A stretch of DNA of 64,000 nucleotides from an uncultured Gemmatimonadales bacterium (GTDB lineage Bacteria > Gemmatimonadota > Gemmatimonadetes > Gemmatimonadales > JACORV01). The translations under genes were made by a program, and so were the position numbers. Positions 1 to 9,081 of the stretch are shown here, one piece after another; positions within the stretch are counted from its first letter, which is position 1; the number at the start of each line of letters is the position of its first letter. A model generated the notes under the pieces. It was not told the origin of the DNA. It worked only from the letters and a program-made list of their open reading frames with translations, and made no database searches. Where the stretch lies: the NCBI GenBank assembly GCA_963812035.1, contig CAWETG010000001.1, positions 654,987-718,986 on the forward strand, in the 5' to 3' direction.

Positions 1-1323
1 CAGCTCCTCGGCGGGATACGAGACGTAGGTCCCCTCGTGCAACGCGAAGCCGTGGGGAATCCAGTACAGTCGCGTCCACGCCATGATGTGGTCCACCCGG
101 AGCACGCCGGCGAGCCTCGCCTGGTGGGCGATGGACGCCGCCACGTACTGGTGTCCTTCGTGGCGGGAGGCGTCGGGGAGCACCGGCGAGAAGCCCCAGT
201 CCTGCCCACTCGGGAAGCCCAGGTCGGGAGGGGCACCCACCGACATCCCATCACCGAACAAGGCCTGCCGGGACCATGGATCGTACCCATCGGGGTGTCC
301 GCCCACCGCCAGGTCCAGCCCCAGGCGGAAGCCGTCGTGCTCCAGACGCTGGCGGAGGTCGTGGAGCTGCCGGCGTGCCAGCGTCTGGGCCACGAGGTGG
401 AAGCGCTCCTCCTCGGCATCGACGTGGTCGGGCTGCAGCGTTCCGGCGCGGGCGAGTGACGGCCAATCCCGCCAGTTCCTCCCGAGTCGAGCTTGGGCGC
501 CGCGGAACTGTGCGTAGCGGACCAGCTCCTCGTCCAGCAGCGACACGGGCGGAGCCGGGTGCCCTGCCAGGGCCGCCCGGACCTCGGCGTCCGCCCGGGT
601 CACGTCCAGGGTCGTTGGGCGGGCCGTCGGATGATGGGCGTCCCCCAGATCGAGGATCAGCTCGGACCAGAAGAGCCGGCTCACCGCGGAATACGGGCTG
701 GGCTCCGGCCACTCAGAGTTGAAGGTGGGAAGCAGGGGGAGGACCGTGACCAGGTCTCCACCCCGCGCGCCGATCCAGCGGCACAACGACTCCAAGTCCT
801 GGAGGTCGCCCATGGATCGGCTGCGCGCCGAGCGAAGAGCGGCGAGTTGGGTTCCGACCCCCCAGCTCCTGAGCGAGCCCGGGCGGCGCCACGCCTGGAC
901 GGGTGCGGCGATGACCGTACACGTCTCGCGCCGGTGCGAGTCTTCGACCGTGAGGCGGTGGTAGCCGAGGGGAAGCGGGCGAGTCGCCCGAAGCTCGCCG
1001 CCGGAGGTCGCGAGCTTGGCCCCGTCGCCGTCCTCGAGGCGCATCTCGGCATGCATCGGGCCGTCTTCGGCGATCACGACAGGAGGCAGGACTCCGTCCC
1101 AGGCGACCAGGACGGGGGGCACAAGGCCGCCTTTCCGGGTCGCGCGGTGTGCCCGCAGCGCTGCGGTGGCATCACCCGGGCGCTCGACGGGGGCGCCCAG
1201 TGCCGCGCAGACGCGGACGAGCGTCTCAGGGGGCACAATGACACGCTTGCCAAGGCCATCCTTGTAGCGGGTGTAGACACCCAGTGCCTTGGCGAGTGAT
1301 CGAAGAACCCTCAGTTCATCCAC
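1..1323 (-). CDS. malQ: 4-alpha-glucanotransferase (amylomaltase, GH77); 3' end cut by the window edge
   Basis: Absent from the ORF track because it has no stop in the window. My manual minus-strand translation is open from GTG 1323 (GGAGGA 9 nt upstream) to position 1. It reads ...LPLLPTFNSEWPEPSPYSAVSRLFWSE...GAPPDLGFPSGQDWGFSP...RVDHIMAWTRLYWIP, typical GH77 motifs. The plus-strand ORFs here are Arg/Gly-rich shadow frames. Confidence 0.85.
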   Translation of the reverse strand, partial: MDELRVLRSLAKALGVYTRYKDGLGKRVIVPPETLVRVCAALGAPVERPGDATAALRAHRATRKGGLVPPVLVAWDGVLPPVVIAEDGPMHAEMRLEDGDGAKLATSGGELRATRPLPLGYHRLTVEDSHRRETCTVIAAPVQAWRRPGSLRSWGVGTQLAALRSARSRSMGDLQDLESLCRWIGARGGDLVTVLPLLPTFNSEWPEPSPYSAVSRLFWSELILDLGDAHHPTARPTTLDVTRADAEVRAALAGHPAPPVSLLDEELVRYAQFRGAQARLGRNWRDWPSLARAGTLQPDHVDAEEERFHLVAQTLARRQLHDLRQRLEHDGFRLGLDLAVGGHPDGYDPWSRQALFGDGMSVGAPPDLGFPSGQDWGFSPVLPDASRHEGHQYVAASIAHQARLAGVLRVDHIMAWTRLYWIPHGFALHEGTYVSYPAEEL

Positions 1324-1337
1324 GCGCGGGAGTCCTC

Positions 1338-4238
1338 CTACCTGCTCGCGCTTCTCGGGTCCGGTCGCACCGTGAAGGTCTGCGTGTAGCTCTGCCCGTT
1401 GACGGTGAGCTTCGCCGTGAACGTGCCGGTGAGCAGCCGGACGGGGCCGCGGCGGAAGCCGCCCGCCCCACCTGCGCCCGGGCCACCCCGGGTCGGAGCC
1501 ACCGGGCGCCAGACCACGCGGTGCATGCCGGCCGCAACCGAGAACGGCTCGGGCACCGGCTGCCAGAGCGGCGAGACGCGCGGAATGCCGGCTGCCGCGC
1601 CGGGTCCGCGGCCGCCCGCCGGTGTCGACTCGCTCGCCGGCGCACTCGAGAAAATCCTGAGGCTCGCGCCGCTCGCGTCGAGGATCTCGAGCGTCACCGG
1701 TCCCGTTGCGGCGCTCTTGAGGTAGTAGTCGATGACGGCTCCGTCCGGCGGGTTCGGCGCCTGCGGCTCGTCCTTCTGCAGCGGCGTGCCGTCGTCTCCA
1801 CCCTGGATCACGTTGATCGCGTCGGCCGGCTTGAAGAGGTACGCGTCGGACGCGAGCACCGCGTCGCTGATCTGGCGGAGCGGGCTGATGTCGTCGATCA
1901 CCCAGAAGCCGCGGCCGTGCGTGGCGACGATCAGGTCGTTGTTGTAGATCGCGAAGTCGCGCGTCGAGTTGGGCGGCAGGTTGAGCTGCAGCGGCTGCCA
2001 GTGGTCGCCGTCGTCGAACGAGACGAACGCGCCGCGCTCCGTGCCGGCGAACAGGAGGCCGCGCCGCACGGGATCTTCCTTGATCGTGTGCACATACACC
2101 CCGGCCGGCAGCCCGCTGCTGATCTTCTCCCAGGTCCTGCCCAGGTCGCGGGTGCGATAGACGGACGGATCGAAGTCGTCGAGCTGGTGGCGGTCCACGC
2201 TGGCATACGCCGTGTTGAAGTCGAAGTGCGACGCCTCCACCATGGTGACCCTGCTCCACGCGCTCAGCGCCGGCGGTGTGACGTTCCGCCACGTCGCGCC
2301 ATCGTCCATCGTGAGCTGGATCAGGCCGTCGTCGGTGCCCACCCACAGCATCGGCACGAGGACCGGCGAGGGAGCGATCGTGTAGATCACGCCGCGCCGG
2401 CTGTTGCCGTTGTCGGCGGCGGCCGCCGCGTCCAGGTTCGGCGGGACGCCCGGATCGGGCCGCGTGAGGTCGGGACTGATCTGCTTCCAGGTCTGCGCGC
2501 CGTCGGTCGTCTTGAACAGGAACTGGTTCGCGTAGTACAGCGCGCGCGGATCGGCCGGCGAGAGCACCAGCGGCTGCGTCCAGTCGCTGCGCGCCGGCTC
2601 GGGGCTCTGCGGCGTGGTGGTACCGGGCACCGCGCTGTTGGTCTCGAGGTCCCAGCGGGCGCCCGCGCCGCCGTAGACGATCCCGGGATGCAGCGGGTCG
2701 CCCGCCGTGTAGCCGCTCTCGCCCCCCGCGCCGACCGGCTCCCAGTCGTGCTCCGAGATCTCCGCGAACTTGCCGCGCGACCGCACCGCCACGGTGCCGC
2801 TGTCCTGCTGTGCGCCCGTCACCCAGTACGGGAACCGATAATCGACCGAGACGTGGTAGATCTGCGCAGTCGGCTGGTTGAGCCAGGAACTCCAGGTCAC
2901 GTCCCTGGGATCGTCGGCCCTCGCGTTCCGGGTGATGATCGCGCCCTGGTCGCTCGCCGCGATCAGCGTGTCGGGATCGTCGGGCGAGATCCAGATCTGG
3001 TGATAGTCGTCGCCGCCCGGGGAACCGCGGAGCGCGACCCAGGTCTTCCCGCCGTCCTTGGTCCGGTTCACGGCGACGTTCGGCACGTAGACGATGTCGG
3101 GGTCACGCGGATCCACCGCGATCTTCTCGAAGTACCAGCCCCTTCCCCACAACGCGGGATCGGACGAGAGTCTGGCCCACGTGGCGCCACCGTCATCGGA
3201 GCGGAAGAACCCACCCTGCCCCGGAGGCGCCTGCGGACCGCCGCGCCCCTCGCCTGCCGGCGCCGCAGGTTGAGCGGCCGGCGCGCCCGCCGCCGGTGTC
3301 TCCGGCACGAGGCAGTCCACGACCGCGTATACTCGCCGCGGGTTGCTCGGCGACACCGCGATGCCGGTCCTTCCGATTCCCTCCTTCGGCAGCCCCGCCG
3401 TGAGCTGCTTCCACGTCGCGCCGCCGTCCGTCGACTTGTAGATGCCGCCCCCCGGCCCATTGGTCGGCGCGTAGGTGAACCACGGCGGACGGCGCGTATT
3501 CCACAGACCGGCGTACACCACGTGTGAATTGACCGGATCGATGACGACCTCGACGGCGCCGACGTCCTCGTTCTGGTAGAGGACCTGCTCCCAGCTCCGG
3601 CCGCCGTCCCGCGACCGGTACACCCCGCGCTCGCGGTTGGCCGAGTACAGCGAGCCCATCGCCGCAACGAAGACGACGTCTGCGTTCCGCGGGTCCACCG
3701 CGATCTTGCCGATGTGTTGCGTGCCCTCGAGGCCGAGATGCGTCCAAGTGCGGCCACCGTCGGCGGACTTGTAGAGACCGTTCCCGTAGCCGGTCGAATC
3801 GCGCGGCGTGGATTCCCCGCTGCCCACGTACAGCACGTCCGGCGCCGAGGGCGCCACCGCCATCGCACCGATGGAGGCGACGGGCTGCGAGTCGAAGATC
3901 GGCGTCCACACGCGGCCGCCGTCGATCGTCTTCCACAGGCCGCCGTTGACCGAGCCGAAGTAGAACTCGTTCGGCCGGCCCCTGACCCCGGCCACGGCGT
4001 CCACCCGTCCGCCGCGGAACGGGCCGAGCATGCGCCACTTCAAGCCGGAATAGAGATCGGCGGGCTGCTGCTCACGGGTCGCCGTCAGGAGACCGGGAGA
4101 CGGCTGCCGACCACCCGCTGGCGACGGGGCGGAGGTCAGGGCGTGGCCGAGCCACGGGCCGAGGGCGAACGCTCCCCATCCTGCCTGACCAACGAGGACG
4201 AGGAACTCGCGGCGCGGGAAACCGATCTCGCCGGGCAA
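1338..4238 (-). CDS. BNR/Asp-box repeat beta-propeller protein (sortilin/VPS10- or GH74-like), probable Tat-exported
   Basis: 966-aa ORF with at least 8 Asp-box motifs (SADGGRTW, SRDGGRSW, STDGGATW, SDDGGATW, TKDGGKTW, TTDGAQTW, TRDLGRTW...). N-terminal PRREFLVL twin-arginine-like signal. The stop lies 14 nt before the malQ start. Confidence 0.8.
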   Translation of the reverse strand: MPGEIGFPRREFLVLVGQAGWGAFALGPWLGHALTSAPSPAGGRQPSPGLLTATREQQPADLYSGLKWRMLGPFRGGRVDAVAGVRGRPNEFYFGSVNGGLWKTIDGGRVWTPIFDSQPVASIGAMAVAPSAPDVLYVGSGESTPRDSTGYGNGLYKSADGGRTWTHLGLEGTQHIGKIAVDPRNADVVFVAAMGSLYSANRERGVYRSRDGGRSWEQVLYQNEDVGAVEVVIDPVNSHVVYAGLWNTRRPPWFTYAPTNGPGGGIYKSTDGGATWKQLTAGLPKEGIGRTGIAVSPSNPRRVYAVVDCLVPETPAAGAPAAQPAAPAGEGRGGPQAPPGQGGFFRSDDGGATWARLSSDPALWGRGWYFEKIAVDPRDPDIVYVPNVAVNRTKDGGKTWVALRGSPGGDDYHQIWISPDDPDTLIAASDQGAIITRNARADDPRDVTWSSWLNQPTAQIYHVSVDYRFPYWVTGAQQDSGTVAVRSRGKFAEISEHDWEPVGAGGESGYTAGDPLHPGIVYGGAGARWDLETNSAVPGTTTPQSPEPARSDWTQPLVLSPADPRALYYANQFLFKTTDGAQTWKQISPDLTRPDPGVPPNLDAAAAADNGNSRRGVIYTIAPSPVLVPMLWVGTDDGLIQLTMDDGATWRNVTPPALSAWSRVTMVEASHFDFNTAYASVDRHQLDDFDPSVYRTRDLGRTWEKISSGLPAGVYVHTIKEDPVRRGLLFAGTERGAFVSFDDGDHWQPLQLNLPPNSTRDFAIYNNDLIVATHGRGFWVIDDISPLRQISDAVLASDAYLFKPADAINVIQGGDDGTPLQKDEPQAPNPPDGAVIDYYLKSAATGPVTLEILDASGASLRIFSSAPASESTPAGGRGPGAAAGIPRVSPLWQPVPEPFSVAAGMHRVVWRPVAPTRGGPGAGGAGGFRRGPVRLLTGTFTAKLTVNGQSYTQTFTVRPDPRSASR

Positions 4239-4246
4239 GGTCGCGC

Positions 4247-4471
4247 CTACGCCTTCGGTGCGGCCGGCTCTTCCTTGCCGCAGGTCGAGATGCCGAACAG
4301 CGTGTACAACGGGCAGAAGGACACCAGGCTGGTGAGGAGGAAGATCAAAGCGACTATCCCCAGGATCAGCGCCAGCGTGCCGCCGATCACATGCGCGAAG
4401 TAGAGCACCACCACCAGAATCGCCAGCACCGTGCGGATCGCGCGATCCGCGAACCCCATGTTCTTCTTCAT
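4247..4471 (-). CDS. small membrane protein, DUF2892/YgaP-like
   Basis: 74 aa with two hydrophobic helices. The N-terminal ..DRAIR.. and C-terminal FCPLYTLFGISTC match what I recall of the DUF2892 family. Confidence 0.65.
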   Translation of the reverse strand: MKKNMGFADRAIRTVLAILVVVLYFAHVIGGTLALILGIVALIFLLTSLVSFCPLYTLFGISTCGKEEPAAPKA

Positions 4472-4768
4472 CGTGTAGCCTCGCTAGAAGAGTCTCCGGA
4501 TCAGCAGTACCAGGCCCGCAATCACCGCCAGGCAGATCGCACAGGCGGCCGTCAGCTTCAGCGCTTTGGACGCCGTCCGATTCACGCGCCGAAGGTTACA
4601 GGTGGCAGCCTCGGTGCGATAGAGCGGCGCGACGCGGCCGTGGGTGGCGTGTGCGAGGGACCCCGCCGGGCCATCCAGGCGCTCTGGCCGAGCCCCTGGC
4701 GGAGAGGGGGCGGAGCGGGCGCTGGCGCGTGCTTGCGCCGTCCCGCCGCGGCGCCTACCGTAGGCCCC

Positions 4769-6337
4769 ATGCGCACCCTTCGACGCGCCGCGGTCCGCGC
4801 GGCACTGCTCGCGGCCCTGGTGGCTCCGGTGCCCCGGTCGCTGCACGCGCAGGCCTCGACCTACCAGCTGCTCCGGACCTTCTCCGACCTGCTCAACCAG
4901 ATCCGGGTCAACTACGTGGATTCCGTCACGACCGCGCGCCTGATGCGCGGCGCCATCGAGGGCATGCTCGCCTCGCTCGACCCCCACAGCTATTTCCTGG
5001 CACACGACCAGGCCGAGCAGCTCCATGCGTGGGATGAAGGCCGCCTCGCCGAGACGGGAATCCGGGTCGAGACGGTGGAAGGCGCCATCACGGTGGCTGC
5101 GGTGGTCCCCGGAAGCTCAGCCGAGCGGGCCCACGTGGCGCCCGGCGACCGGATCGTCACCTTGAACGATACGTCGGTGGCCGGCGTCGAGGCGCATGCG
5201 GTGCAGGCGCGCCTGGTGGGTGAGCGGGGGACCCGCGTGCGCGTGCGTATCGAGCGCGGGCCCCGCCTGGAGCCCGACACCATCTCGCTCACGCTCCGCA
5301 ACCAGGACGTCAAACCCCGAAGCGTCACCCGCGAGCGCACCCTCGCCGGGGGCATCGGCTACGTCCGTCTCGCGCAATTCAACGAGCACGCCGCCGACGA
5401 GGTGCGTGCCGCGATCGACCGCGTCGCCAAGGGTCCGGACCCGCGTCGGATCATCCTCGACCTGCGCGGGAATCCCGGCGGCTTCCTCGTGGCCGCGCAG
5501 GGGATCCTGTCCCTCTTCCTGTCCGAGGGTCAGGTGGCGTATCGGGAAAAGGGGCGGCATCCCGACGCCAACGCGACGACCGTGGTCGCTCGCAACGGCC
5601 GTTACCGGGACGCCCACCTGGCGGTGCTGATCGACGAGAACTCGGCCTCGGCCTCGGAGGCGGTCGCGGGCTCGCTCCAGGACCACGACCGGGCCGTGAT
5701 CCTCGGGCGCCGCAGCTTCGGCAAGGCCCTCGTCCAACTGCCGTTCTACATCCAGCCTGCCGGCGACGAGGTACGGCTCACGATCGCTCGCGTCACCACA
5801 CCGAGTGGCCGGGTGATCCAGCGCCGGTACGAGGGGTTGAGCCCCGAGCAGTACGAAGCGCTGGCGGGCAAGGGCGGCAGCGCCGCGGATACGTCCGATG
5901 TCTTCCGGACCGACGCCGGTCGGCCGGTGCGCGGGGGCGGCGGCATCACGCCTGATTCGATCCTCCCCGCGCCCGCCTCGCTGCCGCTCTGGTTCGTGGC
6001 CGCCTCGGACAGCAACCTCGACGACGCAGTTTCAGACAGCGTGGCGGCGAGTCTGCCGCCGGATGCAGCCGCCCGCGCCGCTTGGGTCGGCGACCCGACC
6101 GGGTGGGTGTCCCGTCTCCTGCCCCCGTTCCTCGACCGAGTGCATAAGCGGTTCGACATTGTCCCGCACCCCAACGCGGCGCAGGGTGCGCGCATCGCCC
6201 GGTACATGGCGGCACGCGTAGCCGAGGTGAGGTGGGGCCCAGATGCCTCCGAGGAGCTGCTCGTGGCCAGCGACCCGGAAATCGCCGCCGCGGCGGCGGC
6301 CCTGAACCGGCCGCAGCCCGAAGCCGCCCCCCGGTAG
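4769..6337 (+). CDS. S41 family C-terminal processing peptidase (PDZ-containing)
   Basis: I moved the start to ATG 4769 (MRTLRRAAVRAALLAALVAP signal peptide). PDZ-like VVPGSSAERAHVAPGDRIV, DLRGNPGG, IDENSASASE and SFGKA motifs are present. Confidence 0.85.
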   Translation: MRTLRRAAVRAALLAALVAPVPRSLHAQASTYQLLRTFSDLLNQIRVNYVDSVTTARLMRGAIEGMLASLDPHSYFLAHDQAEQLHAWDEGRLAETGIRVETVEGAITVAAVVPGSSAERAHVAPGDRIVTLNDTSVAGVEAHAVQARLVGERGTRVRVRIERGPRLEPDTISLTLRNQDVKPRSVTRERTLAGGIGYVRLAQFNEHAADEVRAAIDRVAKGPDPRRIILDLRGNPGGFLVAAQGILSLFLSEGQVAYREKGRHPDANATTVVARNGRYRDAHLAVLIDENSASASEAVAGSLQDHDRAVILGRRSFGKALVQLPFYIQPAGDEVRLTIARVTTPSGRVIQRRYEGLSPEQYEALAGKGGSAADTSDVFRTDAGRPVRGGGGITPDSILPAPASLPLWFVAASDSNLDDAVSDSVAASLPPDAAARAAWVGDPTGWVSRLLPPFLDRVHKRFDIVPHPNAAQGARIARYMAARVAEVRWGPDASEELLVASDPEIAAAAAALNRPQPEAAPR

Positions 6338-6368
6338 CGGCGCCGCTCTCGGCGGCGGCGCCCCGGCG

Positions 6369-7664
6369 TTACGGTGCTGGGGGCGCCAGCGCGGCGAGCC
6401 GCCGGCGCGCCGCAGCCACGTTCGGATCGGTCCGCGCGGCGAGAGCCAGGAAGCGTTGGTACTCAATCGCGGCGCCCTCCCGGTCGACGGCCTCCATTCG
6501 CACGTTCCCCAGCGCGAAGTGCGGGTACGCGACCCACGGCTCGATCTCCGCTGCGCGATGCAACTGCTGCGTCGCGGGCCCGAAGGCACGTCGGGCCGCG
6601 TTGACTTTCCCCAGCAGCAGCTGTGCGGAGAAGTCGTCATCCTTGATCGTGATGGCCCGCTCCAGTTCCGTCACCGCGGTCGCCGTATCGCCGGCGCGCA
6701 CGGCCACGTACGCGAGCCGGACGTGCGCCGGATAGAAGGACAGGTCCTCGACCAGGGCGCGCTGGTAGGCGTCCCGCGCCGCCGCCCAGTTGCCCTCCTG
6801 CTCGTGGATCCGCCCCAGCTCGTACACCCAGAGCACCTTCGAGTCGTACACATACCTCATCTTCTCGGCGTCGGAGCGGCGCGCCATCACGAGGGCCGCC
6901 TCCAGCTCGGCGCTCGCGCTGTCCAACTGGCCTAACAGAAACAGCGCCTGTGAGCGCCGGACCCGCAGGTCGGCGTCCCCGGGGTGGCGGAGCAGCTCGC
7001 CGGCCCAGTAGTCCGCCGCCTCGCGGTACTGGCCTCGGCCGAACGCGAGCCACGCACGAGTCGCCGGATCGGCGTTATCAATCTCGCTCCGGATGTAGTC
7101 CTCGATTTCCTGATCGCTCACCGCCGAGGTCTGCCACAGCTGCGAGCGAATCTGATTGCCGATGCGGTTCGTGAGGTACTTCACGATGAGGTCTTCGTCG
7201 AGGGGCTGAGGGAAGAAAGGGTCCAGGGTGATCGCCTGTACCTGGAGAGAATCAATCCAGCGCACCTTCGCTGACTGGAGGGTCCGGCGGTCCCCGTCCA
7301 CGTAGCCGCGGAGCAGACGCGGGTCCGCCATCAGGAGCGCCACGCGCTCCGAGTAGTACGCGAAGGGAGAACTCGGCGAGAGCCGCTGCGTCCAGTAGAA
7401 TGCGGCCGCCGCCACCGTGGGGTGCTCGCGCAGCTGCGACCGGCCGAACAGGTAGTAGGCGTATGCGTCGCACGTGTCGGCGTCCGGAGCAAGCGCCGGA
7501 CGAGGCAGGGCCATTTGGAGGCCGCCGCCCTGACCCGCGAGAGGCATAGCGGCCGAGGCAAGTTGGGGACCGCCACCGCTGCTGCAGGATGACGTGACGG
7601 CCACGAGCAGAGAGCCGCTGCCGAGCAGCAACAAGCGTCGACAGGCGTGCGCGGCGAAGAACAT
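6369..7664 (-). CDS. tetratricopeptide-repeat lipoprotein
   Basis: Start moved to ATG 7664, with GGAGGT 7 nt upstream. Signal plus lipobox-like LLVAVTSSC. Repeated TPR-like A/Y/L helices are visible (AAARDAYQRALVEDLSFYPAH...). Confidence 0.7.
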   Translation of the reverse strand: MFFAAHACRRLLLLGSGSLLVAVTSSCSSGGGPQLASAAMPLAGQGGGLQMALPRPALAPDADTCDAYAYYLFGRSQLREHPTVAAAAFYWTQRLSPSSPFAYYSERVALLMADPRLLRGYVDGDRRTLQSAKVRWIDSLQVQAITLDPFFPQPLDEDLIVKYLTNRIGNQIRSQLWQTSAVSDQEIEDYIRSEIDNADPATRAWLAFGRGQYREAADYWAGELLRHPGDADLRVRRSQALFLLGQLDSASAELEAALVMARRSDAEKMRYVYDSKVLWVYELGRIHEQEGNWAAARDAYQRALVEDLSFYPAHVRLAYVAVRAGDTATAVTELERAITIKDDDFSAQLLLGKVNAARRAFGPATQQLHRAAEIEPWVAYPHFALGNVRMEAVDREGAAIEYQRFLALAARTDPNVAAARRRLAALAPPAP

Positions 7665-7914
7665 CACCCACCTCCGGAATGTCGAGTCACGGCCCTCGAT
7701 GGCTGCCAAGGGCGGCTCAGGCTAACCAGGAGGCGTTAGGCCCCCGTCACTCGGGCACGGCGCTAAAGCCGAATGCGACAGAGGGAATTGAGGGAGCCGC
7801 GTCGCGCGGCAGGCTTGGCGACGGTCGCTTGCCGCGGACCCTCCCACGACGCTCTATCTATGGCTGGGGCCAGCCCGGCGCCGCCGGCCGAGACTGCATT
7901 CGACGGAGGGTCTG

Positions 7915-8994
7915 ATGCGACTGGTTCGCCGATCGACCGTTCTGGGCGCGCTCGCGCTCCAAGCCCTCGCAGGAGTTCCGAGCCGCGCAGGTGCTCGACA
8001 ACGCCCCGATGTCGTGCGGGGCGTCGTGCGGTCCAGCGGCGTGAGAATCCCCTACGCCGTCGTCGAGCTTGGCGCCCCGCGTGGCAAACAGTTCACCGAT
8101 GACAGCGGCGCTTTCCTCTTTGCCGGCATCCCATCCGGCCCCTACCGGCTGAGGGTGCGCCAGGTCGGCTTCCGACCCTTCGACTCCACGGTGGTGAAGA
8201 TCGAGGGAACGCCGCTCGTGGTTGCGGTCGACATGGAACCGCTGGTAGTCGAGCTCGCGGCCATCAACGTCGCCGTGCCACGAACCTGTGCGACGCCAGG
8301 CCGCCCGGACTCGGGGCTCGTACCCGAGCTGGCCGCCGTGTTCGATCAGCTGCGCCAGAACGCGGAGCGATACGCATTCCTGTCCGACTCATACCCATTC
8401 CACTACCGCCTGTCGCGAACTTTCGCGGCGTACGATCAGCAGGGCAAGATCGTCTGGTCCTCGACCGACACGGTTCGCTACCTCAGCAGCGCCCAGGTGC
8501 GTTACCGGCCCGGCCAGGTGCTGGCCCTTGGACTCGGCTCGGAGCACAGCCGCGCCAAGGTCATCCGGCTGCCCATGCTGTCGGACTTCGCCGACAGCGC
8601 GTTCCAGGCCCACCACTGCTTCTACTTCGCGGGGACGGTGCAGCGAGACACCAGCCGGTTAGTCCGGTTCGAGTTCGTCCCCGTCGATTCACTGCGCTTT
8701 CCCGATATCGAAGGGGAGGTGGACCTGGACGCACGCTCGTTCCAGATCCGGTACGCCACCGTCCGGCTCACCCGGGTCGGGCGAGCGATGCCGGGTCTGC
8801 TGTCGACCAGTTCGACAATCACCTACGGGGAGTTGTATCCGAACATTCTGGTGCCGATCAAGATGGAGGGTGAGCTCAAGCCGGAGCCGCGCCTCGACGT
8901 GCGCACGCCCATCGCTCGCTCGACGGAGACGCAGCAACTGCTGGACGTGCACTTCGAGCGTCCGCTCCCGGTGGCGGCTCCCGAGCACCGGTAA
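7915..8994 (+). CDS. carboxypeptidase-regulatory-like (CarboxypepD_reg) domain protein, secreted
   Basis: GGAGGG SD before ATG 7915, followed by a signal peptide. VRGVVRSSGVRIPYAVVEL...TDDSGAFLFAGIPSGPYRLRVRQVGFRP is typical of this beta-sandwich domain. Confidence 0.6.
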   Translation: MRLVRRSTVLGALALQALAGVPSRAGARQRPDVVRGVVRSSGVRIPYAVVELGAPRGKQFTDDSGAFLFAGIPSGPYRLRVRQVGFRPFDSTVVKIEGTPLVVAVDMEPLVVELAAINVAVPRTCATPGRPDSGLVPELAAVFDQLRQNAERYAFLSDSYPFHYRLSRTFAAYDQQGKIVWSSTDTVRYLSSAQVRYRPGQVLALGLGSEHSRAKVIRLPMLSDFADSAFQAHHCFYFAGTVQRDTSRLVRFEFVPVDSLRFPDIEGEVDLDARSFQIRYATVRLTRVGRAMPGLLSTSSTITYGELYPNILVPIKMEGELKPEPRLDVRTPIARSTETQQLLDVHFERPLPVAAPEHR

Positions 8995-9081
8995 ACGCAC
9001 GCGCTGGGGGTGGGAGGACGTGGCGCCCGATTGCGGTGGAGGTCTCCCGGCACCACGTTATGCATTCCACCAGAGGAACCC

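Noticed and set aside
1284-3527. 747-aa plus-strand ORF opposite the BNR gene. Similar long ORFs occur at 9652..11397, 11714..13177, 13650..15401, 15586..17340, 28458..30305, 39584..41137, 53759..55273 and 55352..56578.
   Set aside because: Their composition is Arg/Ala/Gly/Pro/Asp-dominated with no recognisable motifs. Each lies antisense or out of frame to a gene with clear family motifs. These are typical shadow ORFs of a GC-rich genome.
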